Below are positions 1-10,487 of a stretch of DNA of 64,000 nucleotides, in pieces; position 1 is the stretch's first letter; every line of letters starts with the position of its first letter. A model generated the notes under the pieces. That model was not told the DNA's origin. It did no database searches and saw only the letters and a list, made by a program, of their open reading frames with translations. Made by a program: the position numbers and the translations under genes. Source of the stretch: a virus (lineage: Duplodnaviria > Caudoviricetes); IMG/VR virus record IMGVR_UViG_3300006467_000454, positions 32,001 through 96,000 of that record. One strand, given 5' to 3'.

Positions 1-13
1 GATAATATTTAAT

Positions 14-679
14 ATGGCTATTTTAATTCCGGAAATAAGGCTTCAAGCTTTGATAGAAGAATTGTTAGAAAAAATTAGGGTAGATGATCGAACTGCCATT
101 GATGGTGGAAATGAAAGTGATTCTTTCCTTTTTAGAATTTTAGATGGCAATGAAATTGATGGGATTAGTTTATTGACCCAAGCTAGGGAGATTTTGAATA
201 AGGGTGATGAGAATAGGCAGAAATTAGAAACCCGTTTAATGTTTGACAGAGATAGGGCTCAATTGCCAACTATCCATATCACGTTACCGTCAGAAGGGAA
301 AGGGAAAGAAAATGCTATTGGTTTTGGTGCTGATGGTAGAAATTTAATCACAAATTCAGATGGTTCTATTTCCCACCAATATTCTAGATCATTCGGCACA
401 ACTTATGAATTGGCGATAACATCAAATGACCCTATCCAAGTTGTGATAATTTATAATATAATTAAATCTGGTTTTATTGCCATTGCGGATAGTTTAGAAT
501 TATCAGGCATGAAAATACCAGATTTCTCTGGGGGGGATGTCTCTATTAATCAGGATTTAGTTCCAAATGTGTATCTTCGGGCGATGAGGATAACTTTGGA
601 TTATAATTATGATGTCCCAACATTTAGGAAGATTCCTAATATTGATAAAATTAATTTTGATCAAGCAACTACATTATAA
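14..679 (+). CDS. Putative tail completion/neck protein
   Basis: 221 aa, immediately upstream of sheath; beta-rich pattern (LPTIHITLP...YELAITS...MRITLDY) like tail terminator folds; positional inference. Confidence 0.5.
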   Translation: MAILIPEIRLQALIEELLEKIRVDDRTAIDGGNESDSFLFRILDGNEIDGISLLTQAREILNKGDENRQKLETRLMFDRDRAQLPTIHITLPSEGKGKENAIGFGADGRNLITNSDGSISHQYSRSFGTTYELAITSNDPIQVVIIYNIIKSGFIAIADSLELSGMKIPDFSGGDVSINQDLVPNVYLRAMRITLDYNYDVPTFRKIPNIDKINFDQATTL

Positions 680-680
680 C

Positions 681-845
681 ATGGCAAGCAACAAGAAGAA
701 AGAAAAGGTTTTTAACACCAATGAAATCATTGTTAAGATGGGGTTTAACCTTTATTCCAAAGACTTTGTAAATAAGAAATACAAAGACAAATCCCATACA
801 TTGAAGGAATGGGAAAAAATATTCGTAAAAGAAAGGCTAATTTAG
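681..845 (+). CDS. Small basic hypothetical protein (54 aa)
   Basis: ATG at 681 directly after the previous stop; fills the gap before the sheath gene. Confidence 0.5.
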   Translation: MASNKKKEKVFNTNEIIVKMGFNLYSKDFVNKKYKDKSHTLKEWEKIFVKERLI

Positions 846-897
846 ATTTTAAATTAATATCTTTATAGCAATTCGGGTTAAAGAATAAAACAATGAA

Positions 898-2544
898 ATG
901 GCACAAGAAATTATTTTTAATGGTCGAAGGATTATTCTTCCTGGATCATACTCCACGATAAAATCAGGTGTTAACAACCCTCCCCAATCTTTAGATTATG
1001 GTAGGATCCTTGTTATCGACACAGGGGTCGGGGCTGGATTTGGAGGCGGTTCTGGTATAAATGGGGCTGTGAATTCAGGGGTTGATGCAGTTTATCAATT
1101 TGAAAATGTATTAGATTATCAAGCTTTCTTGAAAGGTGGTATCCTTTATCAATTGGCAAGACCTTTGTTTAAGCCTAATGGTCAAGACATAGGTGCTAGT
1201 ACTGTTTTCCATGTACGTGCTGCAACGACAACCGCTGCGACTGTTTCATTCGCACCTACTGGGGGTGGTACCAATGGTGGGAATTTCTCAATTAGGGTTA
1301 AAGTGGATGAAGGGGTTATCGCAAATGGTGTTGAAACCAATAGTAAATTAGTTAAGGGTTATGCCTATACTTTTGAAGCAGGTGTTGTAGATCCTACTGC
1401 ATTCAGGCTTAGATTCTGGAGAGGCACATGGACTGGGAACCATACCGATGGTTTGGCGTTTAATGAAGTCCCCCAAGCTGATACAGAACCTGAAGAATTA
1501 TTGATATCAGATGAGTTCACAAATGTAACTGAATTAAATGCATGGATGGATTCTGATCCTTTCTTCAATACTTATTTTGAAAAGGTAACATTTACTCTTA
1601 ATGGGACTGGGGCTATTGATTCTGCTGATTTAACTGCCATTAGTGGCAACCAATTATTTGCTGGTGGGACTGAAACCTATGGAGCAAATGACTTGACTAG
1701 TGTATTCGATGTGATTAGGGAATTAGATTTCTCTTTTATCTTGACAACTGATTCAGGTGCTAATGCCCAAAATTCAAGGAATTCGGCTATATTATCACAT
1801 ATCCAAGATCCTGATACAAAGTTTGAAAAATTCATGGTTGTAGCTGGGGGTGCGGATTCTACAGAATTTGCGGAAGGTGTTACAAATAGCTCGATTGAGA
1901 CAGCTAAATTTTTTAATTCCGATAAAGTTATCGTTGTACATGGGGCACCGTTGACAACTTCTGATAATTCCCCAAGTGGGTTTAGGAATTTTGGGACTAT
2001 CTATAAAGCAGCAGCTGTATTAGGTAGGATCGCAGGTTTGGCTCCTCAAGTTCCTGTAACTTATAAGGCAATTGACATCGGTGGGGAAGCCCATAACCTT
2101 ACTTTAACAGAAAGAAGACAAGCTATCAGGGCAGGTGTTTTAATAACGTATTTTGATAGAGATTTCAGGGAGTTTATCGTAGAACAGGGGATTAATTCTT
2201 TACAGAATAACAATAACCTTATCAATGCGAATGGGACTTCTTATTCTATCCAATTACGAAGAATCACGTCCCAGATAAATAAAGAATTGATACAGAATTC
2301 TAAACTCCAATTGCTTAACCAAGAAAATGGGGTTAATCGTAACACACTTTCAGCGAGAAACGTTGAAGATTGGGTTAAGGGTTATTTACAAAGGATAACT
2401 GCCACAGCTACTGTGGATAACTTGATCTTAAGTTTCCAAGATATAACCGTAACAACTGAAGGCGATGCATATCGTGTTCGCTATGGTATCATTGTCAACC
2501 GTGAGGTTAACAAGTTACTATTTACTGGATTCATCTTAGGATAA
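898..2544 (+). CDS. Contractile tail sheath protein
   Basis: 548 aa; N-terminal FNGRRIILPGSYS, C-terminal sheath-like AAAVLGRIAGLAPQVPVTYK...GINSLQ...YRVRYGIIVNREVNKL; followed by tube-sized gene. Confidence 0.9.
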   Translation: MAQEIIFNGRRIILPGSYSTIKSGVNNPPQSLDYGRILVIDTGVGAGFGGGSGINGAVNSGVDAVYQFENVLDYQAFLKGGILYQLARPLFKPNGQDIGASTVFHVRAATTTAATVSFAPTGGGTNGGNFSIRVKVDEGVIANGVETNSKLVKGYAYTFEAGVVDPTAFRLRFWRGTWTGNHTDGLAFNEVPQADTEPEELLISDEFTNVTELNAWMDSDPFFNTYFEKVTFTLNGTGAIDSADLTAISGNQLFAGGTETYGANDLTSVFDVIRELDFSFILTTDSGANAQNSRNSAILSHIQDPDTKFEKFMVVAGGADSTEFAEGVTNSSIETAKFFNSDKVIVVHGAPLTTSDNSPSGFRNFGTIYKAAAVLGRIAGLAPQVPVTYKAIDIGGEAHNLTLTERRQAIRAGVLITYFDRDFREFIVEQGINSLQNNNNLINANGTSYSIQLRRITSQINKELIQNSKLQLLNQENGVNRNTLSARNVEDWVKGYLQRITATATVDNLILSFQDITVTTEGDAYRVRYGIIVNREVNKLLFTGFILG

Positions 2545-2550
2545 TAGAAA

Positions 2551-3030
2551 ATGAATGAAAGTGTAATGACTGCCGTAAGGGCAATTATCAAAGTGAATGG
2601 GGTTGCAATAGGGATATTCAGATCTATTCGTACGACTGAAAATATACAGCGTGGCGATGTTAGGGGAGTCGGGAATTTTACTTCTCAAGAACTTCCAGCA
2701 TTAGGTGTTACTTGTACTTTCAATGCGGATATGTATATGATTGACCTTCGTAATTCTACAATCCCAGGACTTGATCCTAGAAATGTAAGTTCTATTGAGA
2801 CTTATGCTAATTCCCTTTTGTTTGGTGGGCGTCCTGTAGATTTATATATCTACAAGAAAGAAGCTGTTGTTCAACAGGGACAGGCAATTGTTGATGAAGT
2901 GACAGAAGGTGAATTTGCTGTCATTAGAGATTTACATTTGGAATCAAGTGGGTTTGACATCACAGAAGGACAAATAACAGGTAGAAATATGTCAGGGCGT
3001 TATTTAACTCCGATTATTTTACCAGCTTAA
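2551..3030 (+). CDS. Tail tube protein
   Basis: 159 aa right after sheath; beta-rich IIKVNGVAIG...VRGVG pattern. Confidence 0.75.
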   Translation: MNESVMTAVRAIIKVNGVAIGIFRSIRTTENIQRGDVRGVGNFTSQELPALGVTCTFNADMYMIDLRNSTIPGLDPRNVSSIETYANSLLFGGRPVDLYIYKKEAVVQQGQAIVDEVTEGEFAVIRDLHLESSGFDITEGQITGRNMSGRYLTPIILPA

Positions 3031-3043
3031 TAAAAATTGAAAA

Positions 3044-3388
3044 ATGGAAAATCTACAAGAGAAGATTGATTTAGTAATCAAGGGGAAGAAGTATGAAGTT
3101 ACTTTCCCTAATGTTGGACAGCTTAGAAAAATAGCTTCGAACAAAGCCCTTTTATCCAATGGTATGTATCGTTCAATCTATACAATGGCAACGGAGGAAG
3201 GCGACCAAGCTTTAAAAGTAATTGATGTTGAAGCTATTTTTTCAGTATTAATCCCTGACCTTATCACGGAATTAAAGCCAGGATCAATAGGTGATTTGGG
3301 GTTGAAAGATTTTAAAGAAATTGAAAAGGTGTATGATGAACAATTCACACCTTGGTTTGACGCATGGATGAAAGTTCTTAAATCTTAA
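3044..3388 (+). CDS. Putative tail assembly chaperone
   Basis: 114 aa between tube and tape measure; VIKGKKYEVTFPNV start typical of TACs. Confidence 0.6.
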   Translation: MENLQEKIDLVIKGKKYEVTFPNVGQLRKIASNKALLSNGMYRSIYTMATEEGDQALKVIDVEAIFSVLIPDLITELKPGSIGDLGLKDFKEIEKVYDEQFTPWFDAWMKVLKS

Positions 3389-3389
3389 T

Positions 3390-3797
3390 ATGCTTTTAAA
3401 TTCTTTGAAGAAGGTGATCTCCTCCATTTTTAAAAAAAGGGTTGCGGAGGTTGCCTTCTCCCATAAAGTGGAGGTATCTGTTGAAGATATCAAAACCGCA
3501 ATTGAGGAATGGAATTTAAATTTCCCAATTGATAGGTGGTGGAGGAGAAAACACAGTATCCCATTTGGGTCGAAATTACATAATGAGGCTTCTTTGATTG
3601 ATATGTGGTTTGAATTCCAAGAAGATCTCCTTTATATTGAAGTTGAAAGTTCAAAGGGATATACACCGAATAAGGGGGAATTTTTAAAAGAATCATCTAA
3701 ATCAAGGGAAATAACAGAAGAAGAAAAATATCAAAACTTCTTGAAAGAAGCTAAAGAAATCGATTTATCACAATTTGATGATATAAAAAATGGCTGA
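3390..3797 (+). CDS. Hypothetical protein (possible second tail chaperone)
   Basis: 135 aa between TAC and tape measure. Confidence 0.45.
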   Translation: MLLNSLKKVISSIFKKRVAEVAFSHKVEVSVEDIKTAIEEWNLNFPIDRWWRRKHSIPFGSKLHNEASLIDMWFEFQEDLLYIEVESSKGYTPNKGEFLKESSKSREITEEEKYQNFLKEAKEIDLSQFDDIKNG

Positions 3798-5598
3798 CGA
3801 AAAAAGGTTAAAATTTAGTGTTGAAGGTGGGAATGAAGTCGACAGTTTCATGTCTAGGCTTAAAGGTTCCGCAGATTCTTTAGCAAGAGATTTGATTGCA
3901 TCTTCTAGGAGGTATTCCACAAGTGGGAAAGAAGTCCTTAAAGATATAGAAGATCAAATAAAGGCTATTGAGAGGAGGAACAAATTAGACGCTGATTTTG
4001 AAAGGAAGCATGTAAGGGTTGGGGTAGCAGCTGGGCTTATAGATCCGGAGGAAGGCAAAAGGAGATTAGAAGGGATTTCTATTGGGGCGAGTGAGGATAA
4101 ATTGCAAACCCAACTTTTACGAGAGTTAATTGAAGTAACCAAGCAGACTGCCCGTGAAGAAATTAGGGAAGACAGGAAAGATGTTGAGAAACAAATATTA
4201 GCGGATAAAAGTTTAGATGATTTAGGTATTTCAGGGGATGAATTTGAAGCTTTAAAGAAAACCATCCAACGCCAAGAGATAGGTGATGTAACCGAAGAAG
4301 AAGCTGCCGAGAGAAGTAGGTTCGCAAGAGTAGGGCGTAGCGCACAGGGTGCCATTAATGCTGTTAGTGGGGCACAGAACGAATTTGCTGCCATTGCTGC
4401 TTTATTTGCTACAATTCCATTTATTGGGCAAGCCTTATCAGGAATTGCCTCTAAAGGATTAAATCTGGGGTCTAAATATGATACTGCTATTGGGACAAAT
4501 ATTGGATTAGTCGGGGGTGCATTTGGTGACTTCCGTGGATTTGGCTCAGATTTAGGTGGTTCAATAGGATATAATGTTGTAGATGTTGAGAATGCTAGGG
4601 CTGCAGCTATCAGGTCTAGATTAAGTGCAGCAGGATCAGGTGAAGCCACGAGGGATATTTTATCTTTACAACGGGGGTTATCTTTAGATCAAGGATTATT
4701 ATTACAAACAGAAAGGCTTCAGAGAAGTGAAACAGGGGGTGGCACAACAAAACAAATAGTACAAGGATTGATTGGTTCCCTACGTTCAACAGGGGTGAGC
4801 ACAGGGGATGATTTATCTGCTGTTTCTGAATACCTTCAAATCCTTACTGAATTGGGGCAGGAACAAGTCATGAGGCTTGGTAGGGTGGATTCTGGAATTA
4901 ATACTAAGATGATTGCTGCCATTGCAAATTTAGATGAAACCTTTCAGAATCCAGATGTATTAAAAGGTGTACTTTCATCAGTCCAAGCAGGTCTGATGCA
5001 AGCTAGGACACCACAGGTTGAAGCTTTACAATTTGCGGCTTTATCTAGATTACGACCAAATGCTAATTTATTTGATTTGGAATTAATTAGGGAAGCACCA
5101 TTTGCGGAGGGGAACACTGAATATTTGAGTGAATTCTTAAAAACACTTAGGGGCACTTCTGGGACGGATGAGAACTTCTTTAGGAATATTCGTTCAACTT
5201 TGAATTTACCTAGCTTAAATCTCGCCCAAACGTTTGGTAGAGCCTTTATTGAAGGAGGTGGGGCACTTACTGATGAGCAATTGGCTCAATTTAGGTCAGG
5301 GCAAGGAGTAGATATCCAAGGGAGGGCTGCTTCTGCGACTTCACAATTACAAAGATCTACAGCTAGGCTTGATAATATTTTTGCAGAATCAACAAGCAAA
5401 ATGGTTGAAGAAATGGCAAAATTAATTGATAAGGTTGATGAATGGATTACAGGCTCTGCGGAAAATACTGGAGCTTTACAAGATACAACAGTGGCTAATA
5501 ATAGAGTTGCGGATGCTTTGGAAAAACAAAATCCTTATTTATTCTCTGGACCGATTTCTGCGTTAAGAGGCGGTGTTGCTGGATTCCCTTCTAAATAA
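3790..5598 (+). CDS. Tail tape measure protein (short, 602 aa)
   Basis: Helical Ala/Gly/Ser-rich protein with hydrophobic segment (FAAIAALFATIPFIGQALSG), canonical position after tube/chaperones. Confidence 0.65.
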   Translation: MADEKRLKFSVEGGNEVDSFMSRLKGSADSLARDLIASSRRYSTSGKEVLKDIEDQIKAIERRNKLDADFERKHVRVGVAAGLIDPEEGKRRLEGISIGASEDKLQTQLLRELIEVTKQTAREEIREDRKDVEKQILADKSLDDLGISGDEFEALKKTIQRQEIGDVTEEEAAERSRFARVGRSAQGAINAVSGAQNEFAAIAALFATIPFIGQALSGIASKGLNLGSKYDTAIGTNIGLVGGAFGDFRGFGSDLGGSIGYNVVDVENARAAAIRSRLSAAGSGEATRDILSLQRGLSLDQGLLLQTERLQRSETGGGTTKQIVQGLIGSLRSTGVSTGDDLSAVSEYLQILTELGQEQVMRLGRVDSGINTKMIAAIANLDETFQNPDVLKGVLSSVQAGLMQARTPQVEALQFAALSRLRPNANLFDLELIREAPFAEGNTEYLSEFLKTLRGTSGTDENFFRNIRSTLNLPSLNLAQTFGRAFIEGGGALTDEQLAQFRSGQGVDIQGRAASATSQLQRSTARLDNIFAESTSKMVEEMAKLIDKVDEWITGSAENTGALQDTTVANNRVADALEKQNPYLFSGPISALRGGVAGFPSK

Positions 5599-5606
5599 AC
5601 TGAATT

Positions 5607-7823
5607 ATGGCTAAAAATTATATTGAATTCGTTTTTAATGATACTTTGATCACTTCATTACAGAATTGGATCAATCAACCAGATTCTTTGATAAAGGATT
5701 ATCAGAATTCTTCTGCTAGGGATTTCCTACAAGAAGTTGGGGAAAATGGGAAAACAAATTTACAGAGGATTTGGGAATCCTATACATTTGAAGAACAAGA
5801 AGCCCAGCAGACTAATTATAACGGTGGGCAAGGGCAATTGGATTTGATAAAGCCAGGAATTAAATTTGTTATTCCTAAGAGCAGGGTTAATAGTGAAACA
5901 ATATCTATTATAGGCAAAAATCAATTCCTTACCCAAGCTACGTTTGAAGCTTTTTGGTCTGCTAGATTAGAAGAACTGAGGAATGATATAAATTATTCCC
6001 CAATAGAGATTCCTGAAATTAATAGTGGTGTAAAATCCCAGACCACAAATTGCCGTGTATGGATTTGGATTAGGGCTTTAGACCGCATAATTGATGTGAG
6101 TTCTTTTGTGACTAGGTTGAGCACTTTTGTAGATGGGCAGAGTAATAATTTCAATCTCCAATTGCTACCATTCACAAGTTTTGGGGATATAGATTTCATA
6201 GGGCAAGAATCTTTTGTTAATTTTAATTTAAGGGGTCAGGATGGGAAAGAAAATATCCCATTTTTTGCTAAATTCTTACAACAAAATGATCTTGTGTTTA
6301 TCAGGTTTGAAACTTTGAAATTAGAACAAAGCAATGATATTGAAAATAGGAACCCTTTAGAAATAGGGGCGAGTGATGTTCCGAACAAAGTTTATGATAT
6401 GATTGGGCTTATAGATATCCCAAGGGAGACTACAACCCAGCAGAATAATTCTTCAATAGTTTCTGTTTCCGGAAGGGATTTCTTGAAGCTATTACAAGAA
6501 GATGGGAATTGGTTTTTCCCATTACGTTGGATGGAAAATTCTGAAACATTTTTTGCTGCAACACAAGATGAAGAAAATGGCTGGTTCCGTAGAAATATGG
6601 TGACTGGGGAATACAATTATTTGTTCTTTTACAATTATAGGAATATTCAAGATACATTAGGATTCATTTTAAACCAATTAGTCAATTTGGGTGTGATAGG
6701 GGACAGGAGAGGTCCGTTTTCTAATTACCCTGATGATAGAGTGACAAAAAGGTATGAGATAAGTCAGGATGATTCTAATTATCTAGAAGAAGTTGAAGCC
6801 AAAGGGGTTTGGAGGATTATAGAATTTGCAGTGGATAATTCTTCTTTAAATAGGGTTGTTTCTGATTCTTCATTTTCACAGCCTGATGGGACGATTTTAC
6901 AACAATTCAATAAAATATGTCAACCCCCATTTGTTGAATTTTTTGGGGATACTTATGGGGATAAATATGAGTTTATAGTTAGGCAGCCACCTTTCACGCA
7001 GAAAGATATTTTACAGTATTTAGAAAGTGAAAACGGGGTAATCACAATAGATGATTATTTTGATAAAGATCTTAATTATGATGAAAGATTCTTTTCTTGG
7101 TACCAATTAGAAGCCCAGCAATCAATAATCGGGACAACGGGGCAGGTTGCTTTGGCTTACCTTCCCATTGTGTATTTCCCTCAATATGCGGAAGTATTCG
7201 GGAATCATAGATTGAGCGTCGTGAGTAATTATATCCCAAGAAGTTCTATATTAGGGGATAAACAGACTATAAATCAAGATTTGTTTAGGGAAGCAATAGT
7301 AGAAGATTTTAGTTATTTAATTGAATCTAATTGTTACCTCCCATTTACAAGAACAGGGACTATCACTCTGTATGGGGATAGGCGAATTAAAAAGGGGACT
7401 TTCATAAGGTTTTCCCCAACTGGAGAAATATTTTATGTATCTTCTGTCAGGAATGATTTAGTCGCTGGTAGAGGCTCCGTAAGTAGGACTACAACAATTG
7501 AAGTATCTAGGGGGATGGTGGAAAAATTTATTCGTATTGCTTCTGTAAGTGATCAGCCTTCTGATGTGTCAATTAGTAATTTAGGGGGGACAACAATGAC
7601 AGGTGGGACGTTCAATATAAATGTGAATGCCACAACGCCAAAATTTAGTTATTTTAATATCATTGATACTAATTTAATTAGGTCGACGTTAATTAATAGA
7701 TTTGAATCTTCTAATGCGAATAGTAATCAACAAACTGTTAGAGAAAGGAGAGCCACAAAAACAAATTTCGGGGTTAACGAAGAAGTTTTCAATTTCTTTT
7801 TACAAAGGAGGCAATTTGTATGA
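5607..7823 (+). CDS. Putative baseplate hub protein
   Basis: 738 aa after TMP; hub-like motifs VSVSGRDFLKLL and GTITLYGDRRIKKG...FYVSSV...TTTIEVSRG. Confidence 0.6.
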   Translation: MAKNYIEFVFNDTLITSLQNWINQPDSLIKDYQNSSARDFLQEVGENGKTNLQRIWESYTFEEQEAQQTNYNGGQGQLDLIKPGIKFVIPKSRVNSETISIIGKNQFLTQATFEAFWSARLEELRNDINYSPIEIPEINSGVKSQTTNCRVWIWIRALDRIIDVSSFVTRLSTFVDGQSNNFNLQLLPFTSFGDIDFIGQESFVNFNLRGQDGKENIPFFAKFLQQNDLVFIRFETLKLEQSNDIENRNPLEIGASDVPNKVYDMIGLIDIPRETTTQQNNSSIVSVSGRDFLKLLQEDGNWFFPLRWMENSETFFAATQDEENGWFRRNMVTGEYNYLFFYNYRNIQDTLGFILNQLVNLGVIGDRRGPFSNYPDDRVTKRYEISQDDSNYLEEVEAKGVWRIIEFAVDNSSLNRVVSDSSFSQPDGTILQQFNKICQPPFVEFFGDTYGDKYEFIVRQPPFTQKDILQYLESENGVITIDDYFDKDLNYDERFFSWYQLEAQQSIIGTTGQVALAYLPIVYFPQYAEVFGNHRLSVVSNYIPRSSILGDKQTINQDLFREAIVEDFSYLIESNCYLPFTRTGTITLYGDRRIKKGTFIRFSPTGEIFYVSSVRNDLVAGRGSVSRTTTIEVSRGMVEKFIRIASVSDQPSDVSISNLGGTTMTGGTFNINVNATTPKFSYFNIIDTNLIRSTLINRFESSNANSNQQTVRERRATKTNFGVNEEVFNFFLQRRQFV

Positions 7824-8746
7824 ATAAAGGTTACGATATGAGTGGGGTGAGCCGCATGGGTGTTCACGGGCATGATTACCTTGTTGGTCGTGGTTATGTG
7901 ATTATCCCCCCGAATGTAGATAGGGGGCAGTATATCGCTTCGGCTTTACGGAGTGAGAAATTAGCTATTTCTCTAGAAAATGGTGGGAGTATTGCTTTGA
8001 ATACTTATATCACTAGAGAAGCCATTCAGGATATTGTTTTCCCAGAAACATCAGAAGAATTGGGGAGTTGCGTTTCTTACATTACAGTCCCCCCGTATAA
8101 TGTTAGGATTATAGTTGGTATTGTTGGGGACGAAGATGACTCCCAATTGTTACAGGAAGACGAATTTAGGAGAGAAAAGAAAACAAGTAGTGGTATTATA
8201 AGCATTTCTGGATTAGGGAGGCGAGGTGAGCTCCATTTAGATTTAGATGGTTTGAAAACTGAAAATGGTGGATTATTCATCAAGATAAAAAATGGGAGTC
8301 GGTCTGCCAAAATGAGGGTGGAAGTTTTGGGGGAATCTGAAATTTACACCGAAGGGAAATCTACAATATCTTCAGCGGATGAGATTGAGTTGAAAATAGT
8401 CGGCACAGAAAACCCTATCTCCATAAGGTACAAAAAGGGGGAAGGGCTTACATATACGGATGAATTTGAAAATTCAATAACAGTAAATGAAGATGTCGTA
8501 CAAATCCAACCAAATAGTGAATTCAAACTTTTTGAAGGTGAAGAAGCCATGATAAAAGGTGATGCCCTTGTAACCGAGTTAGAAAAGGCAAAAAATAGGA
8601 TTGATTCTATAATTAGTGCCTTACAAAATTCTGCAGTTGCATCTGGAGATGGAGGGGCGACTTATAAAACAAATATAACAACTGCTTTGGCTTCTTTAGA
8701 AGAAGAGGATTATTCTGAAGTAAAATCTACCAATTCATTTTTATAA
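7820..8746 (+). CDS. Putative baseplate central spike (gpV/gp138-like)
   Basis: 308 aa; OB-like N-terminus then short beta-strand repeats and a C-terminal coiled segment; follows hub. Confidence 0.5.
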   Translation: MNKGYDMSGVSRMGVHGHDYLVGRGYVIIPPNVDRGQYIASALRSEKLAISLENGGSIALNTYITREAIQDIVFPETSEELGSCVSYITVPPYNVRIIVGIVGDEDDSQLLQEDEFRREKKTSSGIISISGLGRRGELHLDLDGLKTENGGLFIKIKNGSRSAKMRVEVLGESEIYTEGKSTISSADEIELKIVGTENPISIRYKKGEGLTYTDEFENSITVNEDVVQIQPNSEFKLFEGEEAMIKGDALVTELEKAKNRIDSIISALQNSAVASGDGGATYKTNITTALASLEEEDYSEVKSTNSFL

Positions 8747-8784
8747 GATGTATTTAATTTTTACCTTTATTAAAAAATAAGCAA

Positions 8785-9561
8785 ATGGGAATTTTATCAG
8801 CCAGTGAACAAATATTTAGGCGATATGATGATTTATTTCAATCAATAGGGAGGGCAGGACTTAATGCTTTGTTCCCTAATGAATTTGAAGTTTACATGGT
8901 TGCCCTAGAACTCGTAACATTTGACGGGCAGCTTATAGATTATTTATCTTTCCCGATCCTGCCTAAGACAATGTCCCAAAGGGAAATGAAGAGGGTTGAT
9001 GTTAAACAATCTCTACAGGGGATAGTGACAACAACATCTAATACTTTTACTCCCAAAGAATTAACAATGCAGGGTAATTTCGGGAGGGCTTTTAAAATAT
9101 TCTTAACACCTGAGATCCCCGCAACTGGGGCAGGATTTAGATTTAGTACTAGGAATGGGGTTTACACAGGACACCAAACAAATAATAACATCCCAAGAAT
9201 TTCCGTAGCTTCTTTTGATTCTACGGTTAAGACAGGTTATGGGTTGATCAAAATACTTCAGAGTATAATTGATAAGTCAACATCAATAGATGGTCGTGGG
9301 AGACCATTCAAATTATATTTCCATAACCCTACGATGGGGGAAAGTTGGTTGGCTATACCGACCCCAAACCCCTTAGTTATTAATCAAAGTGTTGATAATA
9401 ACATGATTCATTCATATGTTGTTAATTTAACTTTGTTAGCTCCGTTGGAAGCTTTAAGGGCAGAAGGGAGTTCTTCAAAATCACTAACAACGTTGGCTTC
9501 AACTAGCTTGATACAACAAGGGGTGAACACATTATCGAGAGATTTATCAAGATTATTATAA
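8785..9561 (+). CDS. Putative baseplate/tube-initiator protein
   Basis: 258 aa in baseplate block; FPILP...ELTMQGNFG pattern. Confidence 0.45.
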   Translation: MGILSASEQIFRRYDDLFQSIGRAGLNALFPNEFEVYMVALELVTFDGQLIDYLSFPILPKTMSQREMKRVDVKQSLQGIVTTTSNTFTPKELTMQGNFGRAFKIFLTPEIPATGAGFRFSTRNGVYTGHQTNNNIPRISVASFDSTVKTGYGLIKILQSIIDKSTSIDGRGRPFKLYFHNPTMGESWLAIPTPNPLVINQSVDNNMIHSYVVNLTLLAPLEALRAEGSSSKSLTTLASTSLIQQGVNTLSRDLSRLL

Positions 9562-10487
9562 TGGATGATTTGTTAAATGAATTTTTGAGAATAACGAAAT
9601 ACGATCTTCGGGTCTTCTTTGAAGGCTACGTTGATTTTGTGGGGAATAATTACCAAAATTTTATAGAATATTATTCTGGAGAGGCAGAAATTGACAGGGA
9701 GTCAATAGACAAATTAGCTTCATTACGGGCGGAAGCAATTAGAATTGATGAATTATTCAATATTCATTCAAGAAATCTCACTGCCACCACTGAGTTTTGG
9801 GATTTATTGGAAAGGTTTGAAGATGTAAGTATTAAACTTGATACGATTTTCAACACTCCTAAATGGTTAAGGAGTAATCTTACTGCTGGAGTTTATGAAC
9901 CTAATGTCAATTTTACTAGGGTTTTAAAACAGAATGAAACTTTTGAAGATGTAGCGGATTCTTTAGGGTTTGAAGATCCGGATAATGATTGGGTATCTTT
10001 AGCATTAAAGAATGATATCAACGAAGAAAAATATACTGCTTCCGGAGGAAGAATTCTCAGTGTTTCTTTGCAGAATAATTCCACAGTGAATGTGAGGTCG
10101 GTTGTAGATAGTATCGTTGGGAAAAGAATTTATGGGGCGGATATCCAGAAGAAGATAGAATTTACCCGAGGAGATGATGGGGATTTAGTTTTTTTGAATA
10201 ATGATGAAACGATTAACCAAGCTTTTTCAATTTTACTTGGTATAAACAGGGGTGGTGTGCCTGAGTTCCCACAAGATGGGATTGATAAAAGGGCTTTTGT
10301 AGGTGTGAATTTCAATTCTATTTCATTCCCTTCAATTTTCAGGCAATTGGTTCAACTATTCAATAAGGATGATACATTTAATTCTTTAAATATCGTAAAC
10401 GTAACACAGCAGTTAGATTCTACTATCATAGAGGTTAGTGCTGAGACAAAATTGGGGGAAACTATCACAGGAGAATTAATAGTATGA
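9561..10487 (+). CDS. Baseplate protein with LysM-like and gp25/W-like domains
   Basis: VLKQNETFEDVA..LG....WVSLALKND (LysM-like) and DLVFL...INQAFSILLGINRGGVPEFPQDG (gp25-like). Confidence 0.6.
   Translation: MDDLLNEFLRITKYDLRVFFEGYVDFVGNNYQNFIEYYSGEAEIDRESIDKLASLRAEAIRIDELFNIHSRNLTATTEFWDLLERFEDVSIKLDTIFNTPKWLRSNLTAGVYEPNVNFTRVLKQNETFEDVADSLGFEDPDNDWVSLALKNDINEEKYTASGGRILSVSLQNNSTVNVRSVVDSIVGKRIYGADIQKKIEFTRGDDGDLVFLNNDETINQAFSILLGINRGGVPEFPQDGIDKRAFVGVNFNSISFPSIFRQLVQLFNKDDTFNSLNIVNVTQQLDSTIIEVSAETKLGETITGELIV

Noticed and set aside
3044-3797. Programmed frameshift between tail chaperone genes
   Set aside because: No slippery heptamer seen before the 3388 stop; the downstream ORF has its own ATG at 3390
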